A stretch of DNA of 64,000 nucleotides, from the NCBI RefSeq assembly GCF_009914755.1, contig NC_060925.1; one strand, given 5' to 3'. The DNA is from the human T2T-CHM13v2.0 reference genome, Homo sapiens. The notes beneath the pieces were generated by a model. That model had not been told where the DNA came from and did no database searches. It saw nothing but the letters and a program-made list of their open reading frames with translations. A program made the position numbers and the translations under genes. Each line of letters starts with the position of its first letter. Positions within the stretch are counted from its first letter, which is position 1. Shown piece by piece: positions 1 to 14,390 of the stretch.

Positions 1-599
1 GATATTATTTCTCTTTTCCAAAATCTTGATTGCTTGTCTGTTTTCAATAGATTAAGCTCTCAAAGGTAGGAGAGTAGGAACTCTATTTACAGAATAAATA
101 CATAAATGAATGACGTAGCCTCTGACTTTTTTCATATTTATAGAGACAGTTATTACAGCAATTTGCTGGTGATCTGTTTTTAGTGAATTCAGTTTGTATC
201 ATACTGGTCTTTCCTGTCAGGATACTAAACTACATAGAATTAAATTAGTCTTAATTAATGGTGAGTAATGTTATTGTTTGATGATACAGAGAGCTATGTT
301 GAGCCTCAATCCTGAACAAAATCTCCCATTTAGATTATATTAGAAGAAATAAACACAAAGCATAAAAAATCCAAGATAATAATTTAGAAACATTCTTTTA
401 CTTGAAAAAAAACCATATTAAGCTATTAATACTATAATAGCACCTGCCTCAGGGAGCTTGATTACAAGTAGTGGAAGCCAACTCTGGCAGGAAAGAAGTG
501 CAATCTTGAATATTAGATTGCTCACAGAGTAGATGTAAAGGCTGGAAATGCAGCTGCAGAAAGGGACAGGCGCTAGCAGAAACTATAGCCAATCGTATA

Positions 600-894
600 T
601 AGTCATGTGCTGTGTAAGGAACGTTTTGGTCAATGATGGACTGCCTAAGATTGCAATACTGTGTTTTACTGTACCTTTTCTAATCATGTGTTACAGCTGC
701 CTACAGTTTTCATAACAGTAACATGTACAGGTTTGTAGCCTGGGATCAATAGGCTATACCATCTAGCCTATGTATGAAGTAGGGTATATGATCTAGGTTT
801 GTGTAAGTGAACTCTATGATGTTCACACAATGACAAAATTTCCTAAGGATGCATTTCTCAGAACCTGTCCCCATCATTAAATGACACATGCCTG
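600..894. mobile_element. Tigger3a/MER7-like non-autonomous DNA transposon
   Basis: termini (t)agtcatgtg...cacatgcctg-ta resemble the Tigger3 CAGTCATGCG inverted repeats; a related copy lies in opposite orientation at ~61654-61983. Confidence 0.7.
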
Positions 895-1639
895 TATTTG
901 GAAAGGGGATTGGATGTTGTATAAACAAAGAAAAAAAAATTATGAGGACCTATAGGAAAGAGAGCTACAGCTCTTTTATGTAGAGACAGTGAGTTTTATT
1001 TATTTATTTATTTATTTATTGGTCAGGAGCAATGAGGAAAGTTATTACAAATATTTTGAGAAAATGATGTTAAAAGGCTCCAGATTTAAACTTAGTGTAC
1101 TCTAAAAAGAATACTTTATTTCCGTGAGTTTTAAAGATAAAGTTTTATGTTTGTATCCTTGAGGGTCCTCATAGCCTGCTGTAGTTTTACAAGTAGCTAG
1201 TGTGATCAAAAAGAAACACAGATTCAATAGCTATGTGGTTACAGTGTTAAAAATTTATTTTATTCATGTTTATTTATTTGTGTCCCACACTTTCCAAAGA
1301 AGATATGAGACTAAAAGTTAAACATTTTCATTGGAGTCACCTTAAGTATATACAGTTTTCTCAATAAACAGGTAAAGAGTTATATGCTTAAAAGATTTTG
1401 CTCATTTTAAACAGAATATTTGATTAACTTTGGATTGCATGTATCAATCAAGCTGGATAATAGTGTGTTACCTCTAGTATTAATAAAAAAAGACAATTAA
1501 AATTATTAGCAAATACTGACATAAAAATCTGCTTGTGTTAAAACATAGGGTTAAACCAACAGTTTTAACATTGAAATGGAAAAATTTTATTATATTTGAC
1601 TTTGAGAAATGCTTTTATATGACATGCTCTTTTTTTCTT

Positions 1640-1960
1640 TTTAAATTCAATTTTATTGAGTATAATTTACATACCATAAAATTCACCCATTTTGGGTGAA
1701 TGATTTTTTTAAGATAATTAACCAGATTGTACAACTATCACTATAAACCAGTTTTAGAACATTTTCATCTCCCCAATATGATCCATTATGCCTGCTTACA
1801 GTTAATCTCTGTTTTCTCTCTGTCATAGACAAAAACCACTCATCTAAATTTTCTGTTTATATAAATTTGTCTTTTTAGGTAATTTCAAATAAATAGAATC
1901 ATATCATATATGCTTTATCACAATTTTGAGATTCTTTCATTTGTCATATTTTTAGGTTCA
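1640..1960 (-). mobile_element. old L1M 3' fragment
   Basis: ttttattgagtataatttacataccataaaattcaccc is typical of an antisense L1M 3' end; boundaries approximate. Confidence 0.6.
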
Positions 1961-2758
1961 TTTCTATTAGAAAAATGATTTTATATCATAGTTTTATTTT
2001 TAGATAAGTTTTTAAGATAAACAAGCTGAATCATTTAAAGTGAAATATTAAGAAAAAAAGTCTGTTTAAAATGAAAATTAAAGCCTTATGTGTAACCAGA
2101 AACAAATGGCAAATTCTTGTTATATGAATCTTGAAAATTAGAAAAAATGAATCCCTAATTTGTTCTGAGAAAAATGTGCATGTGTATTTTGTAATCTAAT
2201 TGAACACTGAATACTCTCTTCATCAGCTTTCATTAGGTTATGCTGCAGTACAACCTTGAGATTTCAGTGGCTTGCTTACAATTAAGTTTTCTTTCTTGCT
2301 CGTTTATCTGTCAGCTGTGGCTAAACTGTGATTCTGCTCTCGGCTTTGACTCTGTTCCACATATCTTCTTCATTTTGGGATCAAGACTGAAGCAGTAACC
2401 CCTAACTGGGACATGCCACTCCTGTGACAGAGGGAAAATAATATGAGCACTGGTGGAAATAGACAATGGCTCCCAGATCTTCTACCCAGATACTGCCATT
2501 GTCCAAAGCAAGTAACTGGTCAAACCAATTGGGAGGCACTGAAAATCACCTGGCAGCTGGCCAGGAGATGTAATCCGCTCACAGGAAGAAAGAAGAGGGA
2601 TCATTAGGAACAATCAGACCACCTCTAACAATGGTTTTGTGGCAAAGTTATAGGCAAATGGCATCTTGGACCTTTCTGAATGAATAAAACCAAATTTTTA
2701 GAATAGAGTATTAAATACAAGAGGTAAAATTTTCTACTAAGTAAGAAATTATTCAAGT

Positions 2759-3068
<310 letters not shown>

Positions 3069-3339
3069 AAGAAATTATTCAAGTGTAATCAAGATAAATG
3101 GAGCTGCATTTGATATGATTAATCACCTCCAATTGGCTAATGCTCATGAAGAGTCTGAATAAGACCATACACATGCTTAACAATCTCTAGCTGTGCAACA
3201 AGTGTTTTACTTTGGGATTTTCAGGTGTAACATTCATTTATCACAGAGTGCTCCTCCCTTTTTAAAAGACTATTAGATAAAATGTATGAATACTTGAATT
3301 CTGATACAGCAAATGTGAAAATGAGCTTTGCTGGTCATT

Positions 3340-3770
3340 CCTTCATCACAGTCTATGTTCCAGCCATATGTCTTCTTTCTGTTCCTCAAATATTCTTCCT
3401 GCCTTGGGCCTCATTGGTTGGTCCGACTGGAATCCTGCTCTCCAAGTGTTTTGTATAGCTGACTCCTTCTCACGTTACCTCCTCAAAGAAGCTTTCCCTG
3501 ACAGCTCTATGGAAAGCATTCTTCCTGCTCCCTGCAGCCCCTTTATTCAGCAACCTGCTCCATTTTTTCCTAACACTTATTCTTCTTATCTGAAATTATC
3601 TTACTTATCTATATATTTATTTGCTCATTATATGTACCCTCCCCTTCCCTCTCAACTAAAGTATAAGCTTCATGAGAGCAGGAACTCTACCAGTCTTGAC
3701 CACTATTGTATCCCCAGCCCAGTGCCTGACACCTGGGTGACATGCAGTGAACATTTGTTAAATGAAATCA
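3340..3770. mobile_element. L2 3' fragment (followed by MIR at ~3870-4020)
   Basis: taagcttcatgagagcagg...ccagcccagtgcctgacac...aatgaa L2 terminal motif; boundaries approximate. Confidence 0.65.
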
Positions 3771-4349
3771 AAATACTATACTGAGTGCTTTTCATGTGCA
3801 CATGGATGGTGAGGGTGGTTGAGTCTTGCTATCAATTAAGAGATAAGTGATTTGGGGAGAATGCTTATCATCCCTATACCACAAATTTATTCACCTGTAA
3901 AATATGGACAATGATAATTATACTTCCATCAGATTGTGGAGAGGATTAAATGAAATAATGCATGTATGTGTTGCTAAGGCACATAGTCTCTGGCACTTAG
4001 AAAACTCTCAGTATTTGCTATTATGGTATATAAGATTAATATTTTGTTTTTGACTTGTGTAAGCAGCCACTTTGAATTTGTAGTGAGATCTTCAGAGGAT
4101 CACAGAAATATACTGGTTTCTATCTTTGAGGAAGCTATCTGTTTTATTTATTTCAGTGGTAGAATGTTGGAATCATCTAATTGCATTAAAGGAGGGTGGA
4201 AAAAAACATTCCCAGAAATTCCTGGAGTTGACTACTAACCTGTTAAAAAGAATGGAGCAAAGTTGAAATATTTTAATCATGATTTCTTCCTTTTAGCTTT
4301 GCCTCCATCCTCAAATTTTTATTGTGTACCATTTTAAGTGCAGAAATGC

Positions 4350-4771
4350 TGTGTGAGTTTGCCAGGGCTGCTGTAACAAAGTACCACAGACTGAGTGTCT
4401 TACATAACAGAAATGTATTGACTCACGGTTCTGGAGGCCAGAAGTCTGACATCAAGAAGTCAGCAGAGTTGGTTCCTTCTGAGGGCCGTGAGAGAGGGAT
4501 CTGTTCCAGACTTCCCAACATGGCTTATAGATCCATGTTCTCCCAGTGTCTCCACACATTCTCTTCCCTCCATCCATGTTTCTGTGTCCACATTTACCCT
4601 TTTTATAGAAAGATAGCAGTCGTAATTGGATTAGGGCCTATCCTAATGACCTCATTTTAACTTCATCAGATCTGTAGGGACCCCATGTCCAAATAAGGTC
4701 ACACTCCACGGTACTGGGGATTTGGGCTTCAGCATATAAATTTGGGTGAGGGAACAATTCAACCCATAACA
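4350..4771 (-). mobile_element. MLT1 (MaLR) solo LTR
   Basis: gggctgctgtaacaaagtaccacagactg...acaattcaacccataaca, reverse of the MLT1 start TGTTATGGGTTGAATTG. Confidence 0.8.
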
Positions 4772-7715
4772 AATGCTTATAATAAACCCCGAGTAACAAC
4801 AGAAAAACTTACACTTAATTTGTGATTTTTGCAATAAATTCTATTATCATGCTAACACCAATCTAATCCATTTATTTCAGTTAAGTTATTTAAGTGGTTT
4901 TTCTGACAGTGGATGTATTGTTTTGGAGTAAGGATAAAAGACCATGAATTCTTGCAACACAGGCTTTCTTCTCTATGAAACTCACTCAAATCTCAGCCTG
5001 AACCCATCCCAGGACTTTCTTGTGTGTGTGCATTTTCACTGTTCTAGCTACAGGAGTAAACGTGATTTAAGAAGTAGAGATTTGTCACACAGATAATTTT
5101 TATTATGCTATAATCTGTTGAAGGAAAAAATAAAAAGATATATTTTCACCATTTAAATGACCCTAAGATAATGGTCTTATATCCAAATAGAGACAGAGAG
5201 ACACACATCCATTATTGTGGAGGTGAGACCTTTGTTTGGAAAGAACAAATTTTATTGATCCATTTCTCCTGAAACGCATCAACCGCAAAAGGTTAAATGG
5301 AGTTCTTTTTGGTTAATTGCTACTTTGGATCTTCCCAAACACTTATTTTCTTCAGTTATTCATGTCCAAATGTTAAGTCTTTTAAGTATTGTTAGTATAT
5401 TTTCTTTCCTTTTTTTGAAGTGAATATAAAACACTTTAGATAGTCAGTTTTATTGAGGTTTTAAGAATGCTTTTGAGTGATTCATAGTAATTTAAATCCT
5501 TCTACTGAAATCTTGGATGTTGCTAAATTTCAGCCTGTAATTTTCTGCCTTTGCAAGATATCGAAACATATTTTTATGACACCACACTGTACTCATTGGA
5601 ATTGTGAGCCTTTTGTAAATTCATGCAGATTTTTCCCACTCCATAAAAGGATGCATTTCAAGCGGAAGAAATAGAATGCTAAATTATGTAGTAGGTAAAA
5701 GAAGTAGGCTGTGGTGAGTTGGGAGGATGAGCAAAAAGAATGCCAAAGCACGTTTGTACGTAATGTCAGTAAAATACAAAGTACGTTTGCCCACCAAATT
5801 AAAATTTGTCAGCTTACAAAGTTGCTATTTATATACAGTGGTTTTTGAGAGAGATTTTTGTACATGCTGATTACACATTTATTTGGAAGCTCTAAATTCT
5901 GGTTTTAATGGCTGCTTAGTATTTCATTGTGTTAGCATCCCATAACTTATTATTTATCTATGCAACCTTGTTAAGAAAAAAATCAAATATAATCCGAAGT
6001 ATTCTGCCAGAACAACTGTTTTATCACTACGGTTCTTACTGTCTCTTAGCACATCATGTACAATGTTGACTCTAACAATTTTAACGGTTTTTCTGGTTAT
6101 AAAATATAACATATGTTTTAGAATATTTGGAAAATAAAGAAAATCACATAGAAAAATATTAAACCCAACAGCAATCCCAACATCTGGAATAATTCCTGTT
6201 AACTTTTTTTTTTAATAGCTGCTAAATTCCCTCTCTCCCTCCCTGCCCATCCCCCCAGTCATACACATACACACACATTGGAATCTGGTTTTACACAAAT
6301 TTTATATTTTGCCATTTTTTTCTGAATAACATACTGTGAAACTTTTTCCAAGTTATTGTATGTTCTTCTAAATCATCTTTAAGTCACTATGTTGTATTCT
6401 ATCATATGGATAGAATTCATTATATCCTCCCATAGAGATATAAAATGATTTATTTCACTGAATTTTTTTTGCAAGACATTTATTGCTTCTAAATTTTCTG
6501 TGTCTGATTAATCCAACTGAAATTTGTCTTCTACTCCTTGTGTAATGCTTAAATGATCACAAATCTTTTTGTGATAATAGGCTGAACCTTCGTAATCTTT
6601 ATGACTATTGTTATTCTTCTTTCTTCAGTTAGCATATCCTGTGATAATCTCTCTTCTATTATTACATTGAAGGATGACCTAAATGTTGCATTGTAGTTCA
6701 CAGAGCTAAACTTTTTGTGGGAAGAGCCTTTAAAGCAGTGCTCTGAGTATTATCGATGCTTCAAAAGCATTTTTATTGATTTGGTTTGAAGAGAAAACAA
6801 GTCCATATTATGATTTCATCTTTTTTTCCTATTCATAGTTTCACAAAAAAGTATCTCTTCCTAAAACATCAGAATTTATTACATTGTACTATATTAATGC
6901 ATTTGGATCTGAGATATTTTGGAAATCATCAGGTCCAACTTTGTAATTTAACATAGAAAGGCTGAATTAGTGGTTCAGTGCCTGCTTAGTCAATGGCAGA
7001 GATAGGACCAGAAGCCATTTTTGGCCTCCTTTATGATTTTTTTTTTACTCAGTACTGGCCAACTTTGTTGCTAAGCTAAAATGGGCTTTGTTGCAGATTT
7101 AATATTCAAATACATCAGTTAACTTTATAATCTTACACATAACAACAGACAAAACTTTTGATTCCAACATCTGTATCACTACTTTAGGGGAACAAATGTA
7201 TCTAAAAGAAAAAGTATAGAGTTGGAGAACAAGTTCTTACTACCACTGCAGAGATAACTCAAATATTCTATTGAGAGTGTTAGTTTTATCTTTGCATGTG
7301 AAAGAACCATTATTTGAATTTAAAGTTTACTGTAATTATCCTTATGTTTCAATTAATTTTATTTATAAAGAATAACATGTAGCCCTTCCTTTCCCATCTT
7401 TTTCTTTCTTTTATTTAGACAAAACTATTGAAGGTGACTGAGCAGATGACCAGTGTTGCCAATTGAAATTGAAGCTGAGGAGGCATCCTGCATGGTTGGG
7501 GTTGAGAATAAGGCTGCCTTGGCCTACGTGGTCAGAGCAGAGGAGGAAGCCGGTGTGGTTGGGAGATTGGTTACATACAGGGGAATTGAGCCAATAAGTA
7601 AACATTTGGGATAATAGGAGCCAGGTTTCTCACTGCTGACTAAAAGAGTTATAAATATGGAAAAGGGAAAGGCTAGACAAGCCATGACATGTCAAATTAG
7701 AAATAGAGGTATATA

Positions 7716-8030
<315 letters not shown>

Positions 8031-8094
8031 CTAATTTGTGAACTCTTGGTATTTTATATCTGTATCTAGCCATAGATCTAGAGCTGTATGAGTC

Positions 8095-8106
8095 TGTGTG
8101 TGTGTG

Positions 8107-8140
<34 letters not shown>
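8095..8140. repeat. (TG)n microsatellite
   Basis: directly visible. Confidence 0.95.
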
Positions 8141-8143
<3 letters not shown>

Positions 8144-8553
8144 GTCTGTTCTTGCATTGCTATAAAGAAATACCTGAGGCTGGGTCATTTATAAAGAAAA
8201 GAGGTTCATTTTGGCTCATGGTTCTGCATGCTGTACAGGAAGCATGGTGCTGGCATCTACCTGTAGTGAGGGCTTTAGGCAGCTTACGATTGTAGCGAAA
8301 GGTGAAGGACGGCCAGCATGTCATGTGGCCAGAGAGGGAGCAAGAGAAAGAGGACAATCCAGGGTCTTTTAATAAATCAGATATTGCCTGAACTCATAGA
8401 CTGAGAACTTACTCATTAACATGAGGATGGCTCCAAGCCATTCATGAGGGATTCACCCTAATGATCCAGACACCTCCCACTAGGCCTCACTGCCAACATT
8501 GGGGGTCACATTTCAACATGAGATTTGGAGAGGGCAAACATCCAAACTATATC
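8137..8553 (-). mobile_element. MSTA/MSTB-type MaLR solo LTR
   Basis: tgtgttagtctgttcttgcattgctataaagaaatacctgaggctggg...catccaaactatatca. Confidence 0.85.
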
Positions 8554-9087
8554 AGTGTACATATGTATGTGTATGTCTCATATATTTATTTCCTAGCATT
8601 AATATCTTGGTTTTGTAAATACCAATCTTCTCTAAAAGGAACCAGAGCTCCTCGGAGAAATGTCTCATTCCAGAGCTTGGGCAGGGAAATAACAAAATAT
8701 TATAAACTTGAAACATCTTGTTCTAAAAAGTAAAGTGCTCAAAGAATAATGAAGACATAACAAAAACATACTGGTGCAGCTTTAAGGGGCTCCCACTTGT
8801 CAAACTTGGGACTGTTTAGACATCAAAATAAATTATGATGTTAATGAATTATATCCACTGAATAAAATAGGAATCTGTGAATCTGTAGTCATATAATTAA
8901 TTTGAGTCTATAGTCATATAATTAATTTAAACAAAATATTATACTCTTTAGTCTCCTTAGTGGAAAACCTATTGATGGTATCAACATTGAAAAATAAAAA
9001 ATAGCAGTATACATATATACACTGATATAGTTTGGAGTGAGAGGGAATGAATAAATGAATAATGAACACTCAGGAAAACAAAAACTG

Positions 9088-11550
9088 GGCTGGCACAGTG
9101 GCTCACACCTGCAATTCCAGCACTCTGGCAGGATGTATTAATCTGTTTTCACACTATTAATGTGTTTTCACACTGCTGATAAAGACATAACCAAGACTGG
9201 GCAATTTATATAGGAAAAAGGGTTTAATGGACTTACAATTCTGCATGGCTGGGGGAGCCTCAATCATGGTGAAAGGCAAGGAGGAGCAAGTCTCATCTTA
9301 CATGGATGGCAGCAGGGCAAAAGAGCTTGTGCAGGGAAACTCCCATTTTTAAAACCATCAAATCTCGTGAAACGTATTCATTGTCATGAGAACAGCATGT
9401 GAAGACCTGCCTCTATGATTCAATTACCTTCCACCAGGTTCATCCCACAACACATGAGAATTGTGGGAGTTACAATTCAAGATGAGATTTGAGTGGGGAC
9501 ACAGCCAAACCATATCACTCCACCCCTGGCGCCTCCCAAATCTCATGTCCTCACATATCAAAAACAATCATGCCCTCCCAACAGTCCCCAAAGTTTCATC
9601 TCATTTCAGCATTAACTCAAAAGTCTGCAGTCCAAAGTCTCACGTGAGACAAGGCAAGTCCCTTCCACCTATGAGCTTCTAATATCAAAAGGTTAGTCAC
9701 TTCCTAGATACAATGGGGGTACAGACATTGGGTAAATATACCCATTCCAAATGGGAGAAATTGGCCAAAACAAAGGGGCTACAGGCTCATGCAAGTCTGA
9801 AATCCAGTGGGGTAGTCAAATCTTAAAACTCCAAAATGATCTCCTTTGACTCCATGTCTCACATACAGGTCACACTGATGCAAGAGGTGGGTTCCCATGG
9901 TCTTGGGCAGCTCTGCCCCTGTGGCTTTGCAGGGTATAGCCTCCCATCTGTCTGCTTTCATGGGCTGGCATTGCGTGTCTGTCTGTGGCTTTTCCAGAGG
10001 CACAGTGCGAGCTGTCAGTGGATCTACCATTCTGGGGCCTGGAGGATGATGGCCCTCTTCTCACAGCTCCACTAGGTGGTGCCCCAGTAGGGACTCTGTG
10101 TGGGGGCTCCAACCCCACATTTCCCTTTTGTACTGCCCTAGCAGAGGTTCTCCATGAGAGCTCCATCCCTATAGCAAACTTCTAACTGGACATACAGGCA
10201 TTTCCATACATCCTCTGAAATCTAGGTGGAGGTTCCTAAACCCTAATTCTTGACTTTGGTGCATTGTCTGTCCCAACACTGTGTGGAAGCTGCCAAGGCT
10301 TGAGGCTTGCACCCTCTGAAACCATGACCTGAGCTCTATGTTGGCCCCTTTCAGCCATAGCTGAAGCAGCTGGAGTGGCTGGGACACAGGACACCAAGTC
10401 CCTAGGCGGCACACAGTATGGGGACCCTGAGCCCAGCCCACAAAACCACCTTTTCCTCCTAGGCCTGTGGGCCTATGCTGAGAGGGGCTGCCATGAAGAC
10501 CTCTGGCATGCCCTGGAGAGATTTTCCCCACTGTCTTGGGGATTAACATTCAGTTCCTTGTTACTTATGCAAATTTCTGCAGCTGGCTTGAATTTCTCCT
10601 CAGAAAATGGGATTTTCTTTTCTATCACATTATCAGGCTGCAAAAGTTCTGGACTTTTATGCTCCGCTTCCCTTGTAAAACTAAACGCCTTAAACAGCAC
10701 CCAAGTCACCTCTTGAATGCTTTGCTGCTCAGAAATTTCATCCACTAGATACCCTAAATCATCTCTCTCAAGTTTAAAGTTCCACAAATCTCTAGGGCAG
10801 GGGCAAAATGCCACCAGTCTCTTTGCTAAGACATAGCAAGAGTCACCTTTGCTCCAGTTCCCAACAAGTTCCTCATCTCCATCTGTGATCACCTCAGCCT
10901 GGGTTTCATTGTCCATGTCATTATCAGCATTTTAGTCAAAGTCATTGAACAAGTCTCTAGGAAGTTCCAAACTTTCCCACATTTTCCTGTCTTCATCTGA
11001 GCTCTCCAAACTGTTCCAGCCTCTACCTGTTGTCCAATTCCAAAGTTGCTTCCACATTTTCAGGTATCTTTTCAGCAGTGCCCCACTCTTAGTACCAATT
11101 TACTGTGTTAGTCCATTTTCATGCTGCTGATAAAGACATACCTGAGACTGGGGCATTTGTATAGGAAAAGGGTTTAATGACTTACAATTCCACGTGGCTG
11201 GGGAAGCATCACAATCATGGTGAAAAGCAAGGAGGAGTAAGTCACATCTTACATGGATGGCAGCAGGCCGAAAGAACTTGTGAAGGGAAACTCCCATTTT
11301 TGAAACCATCAGATCTCATGAGACTTATTCACTATCAGGAGAACAGCACGGGAAAGACCCGCCCCCATGATTCAATTATCTCCCACCAGTTTCCTCCCAT
11401 GACACATGGGAATCGTGGGAGTTACAATTCAAGATAAGATTTGGGTGGGGACACAACCAAACCTTGTCACAGGTCAAGGCAGGAGGATTGTTTGAAGCCA
11501 GGAGTTTGAGACCAGCCAGGGCAACATAGCAAGACCTTATCACTATAAGA
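9088..11550 (+). mobile_element. Alu left monomer (FLAM-like) split into 9088-9133 and 11470-~11550 by the THE1 insertion
   Basis: ...ccagcactctggcagg | caaggcaggaggattgtttgaagccaggagtttgagacc rejoins into a continuous Alu left arm. Confidence 0.82.
9134..11469 (-). mobile_element. Complete THE1 MaLR element: LTR 9134-9517, internal 9518-11103, LTR 11104-11469
   Basis: two homologous TG...CA LTRs around a ~1.6-kb THE1-int; total 2336 bp; 5-bp TSD CAGGA/CAGGT. Confidence 0.93.
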
Positions 11551-12059
11551 TATTTTTTAAAGCAGTAGAAGAATGAAAATGTAATCATAATTCACTATAT
11601 GGCTTGGCTGTGAATAAAAATAATTTTTTTCTTAAACCTCTATCTACCTTAAAATGGTGATAAGATGATGGGAGAGAGAAAAACGTATGTATATATTTGA
11701 GAGAAAGGAAACATTGCCTATAAAGTAGCTTCGAATAGGTCTATACCATAATAGAAAGTGAAAGGTGAGAAATGGTTCCGGATTGAAGGGGACCAGAGAT
11801 ATAACAGTTAAATGTAACAGATGAACCTGGATTTAGTTCTGTACTAGAGGGGAAGAACATTTTAGGATATTTTTGGGACAGAGAAATTCAAAAGGGTCTG
11901 TGGATTAGACTGTTGTATTGCGTCAGTGCTAATTTCCCGATTCAAATACCTGGATCGGTACTATGGTTAGGTAGGAGAGTATTCTTGTTTTCTGAAAATA
12001 CACACAGACCTATTTAGGAATAATGGGGCAACATGTTTCTAGCTTACTCTCAATAAGTA

Positions 12060-12370
12060 AAAGTTTTCTCATCCCTCCTTTTCTCTCTTTTGCTTTCTCT
12101 CTCCTTAACTTTCTTACACCAATTATAATTTATCTACAGATCTAACATAGGCATGCTTCCTATCACATTTATGTCATTATCAGTTTTCTTTTCTTCCTTT
12201 TTTTGTCCTTCTTTTACTTCCTTTTTTAAATTCCCTTTCTTCCTTGTTTTTCTCTCTCACCTTCTCTGTTTCCTTTCCTCCTCTGCTTATTCCCCTTTCG
12301 TATTCTGTTCTCCACCATCCCCTTTTCCTTCATCCCTCGCTTCCTTTATTCTTTCTCCTTGTCATCTCCT
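12060..12370. repeat. CT-rich low-complexity tract
   Basis: pyrimidine-biased sequence directly visible. Confidence 0.75.
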
Positions 12371-13519
12371 TGATACCCTGGATATTTATTTTCCTGGTCC
12401 AGTGTATATGGGCTGTTCTCTAGGTTTGCTGCAAAACTGTCAATGTAGAACATTATTTTCCAGGGAATTCCCTTTACTTTGATCTTCTGTTGTATCTCTT
12501 GTTTTTAGATTCTATTTTTTTCTTTCTTGGCATATTCTCTTATTTTGGAGAAGTAAAGAAGCTTCCAAAGAATAGGTACATGGGAAGTAAGTTTTTGAAA
12601 TCTTCTATTTCTGAAATGGCTTAATTCTACCTGTATATTTGAATGACAATTGCCTGGATATGTATAATTCTAGGTTGAAAATACTTTTCTCTCAAAATTT
12701 TGAAGACATTAGTTTATTATCATGTAGTTTCCAGCATCACCATTTAAGAACTCTGATGCCATTCTGATTCCCAAGATTCCTCCTTTATTTTACTTATATT
12801 GTTTCTTAAATCTTTAGGGAATTTAAAAATCTCTAGTGTTATGAAATGTCATGGTGATGGATGCTTGTAGGAGTACTACCTACCCAACCAGTGTCCTGTT
12901 CATTTTGGGGAGACCTCACAGGCCCTATCAACTTTATGTCAAGGATATTTTTCTTTCTCATTTTCTGGAATTCCTTTTATTCAGGCACTGCCTGCCTGTA
13001 TCCTTCAATTTAAAAAATCTTCTCATTTTCCATCTCTTGTTCTTTTGGTTCACATAGTAGGACAGTTCTTGAGCTCTGATTTTCAGACTTTCTGTTGCAT
13101 TTTTATATTGCTATCATATTTTAATTTTCATGAGTCTCTTTTTTGGTTGGTGGTGTTGCTGTTCTCTGAATTTTCTTTTTAAAAAGAGCATGCTTTCATT
13201 CATGGATTTAATATTTTCTCTTATCTTTCTGGTGATTTCATGGTTTTTTAAAAAGTGTTTATGCTCTGTTCTATCTGCTTCCTCTAATCTTCTGTTTTGG
13301 TTTGTTTGTGACTTTATTTCACGTCAGAGCCTTTCCTCGTGTTTGGATGTTTGGTAGATCCTACACCAAATAATAAAAAGCAGAGTAGACATTCTGCATG
13401 CATGGTAGGGGCTTTGATGTAGGGTGGTTATGCAGAGACCTGGCTAATTCATTAGGGGACTACAACTGTCAGTTTTTCTCCAAGATCAGCTAAGAGAGGA
13501 AACTTCCAACTATGGTGGG

Positions 13520-13875
13520 TGCTGTGGTATGAATATTTGTGTCCACCCAGAATTCATACATAGAAATGCTACTGCCAAGCTGATGATAGTAGGAGGTGGA
13601 GCCTTTGGGAGGTGATTAGATCATGAGCGTGGAGCTCTCATGATTAGGATTGGTGCCCTTATAAAGGACCCCAGAGAGACCCTCCCCCCTTTTACCATGT
13701 GAGATTATAGTGAAAGGAAGCTGTTCTGTAAAGTGGGCCCTCACCAGACGCTGAATCTGCTGACATCTTGATCTTGGACTTCCTAGTTTAGAACTGTGAG
13801 AAATAAATTTCTGTTGTTTGTAAGCTACCTAGTTTATTGTAGTTTTCTTTAATAACAGCCTGAATGGACTATGAT
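13520..13875 (+). mobile_element. MLT1A-type MaLR solo LTR
   Basis: tgctgtggtatgaat...cttgatcttggacttcc...gaaataaatttctgttg...cagcctgaatggacta. Confidence 0.8.
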
Positions 13876-14390
13876 GGGGTGGGGGTTGCACCTTCCTGCC
13901 AACGTTCTTGGGACCAGATGAACAGGTTTGCATGTCTTTTAGTCTGGTATGCAGGACTTTCACTTGATATCTGTATTTTCATAGGACTTCTTCCCTATCC
14001 TACTGGATGCCCTCGAGCTCAGACCTTTCAGAAAGTAGACTTCCAGTGTTCTACCAAATTGGGGTGGGAAAGTTACCTGATTGCCTAGGGTAGGTGAGGG
14101 AATCTGAGGTTCTAACTCTTGTTTTATTAGATCTTCTTAATAACCAATCATCTGGTTTCTGCTCTGCCACAACCTTTATGTCCACAGGTTCTTGGTGCCT
14201 CCAATTCTTGAACCTTTCTGGCATTCTACATCATAAATATCCTTGCCTCTTCCTAGTTTACTGTTCTCTTCTAGATTACTTTTCAGTTTTCTCTGCACTG
14301 CTATTTTAGTTACCACTTGACGATCAGATCTCCAGTTTCCAAAAAGCAGTTGGCACATTTCGTTTACCATAGTTTTTTTCTTCTTATTCT

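Noticed and set aside
3368-3784. 138-aa ORF
   Set aside because: Coincides with an L2 fragment; no splice or homology support
11190-11210. PRDM9 hotspot motif (CCTCCCTNNCCAC) known from THE1A/B LTRs
   Set aside because: The equivalent position reads CTTCCCCAGCCAC here, and the other two THE1 LTRs are further diverged; the hotspot-associated version is absent
9461-11588. Dense set of 60-147-aa ORFs on both strands
   Set aside because: All fall within the THE1 LTR/internal sequence and show no intact retroviral gene
12153-12482. 109-aa F/S/L/P-rich ORF
   Set aside because: Artefact of the CT-rich low-complexity tract
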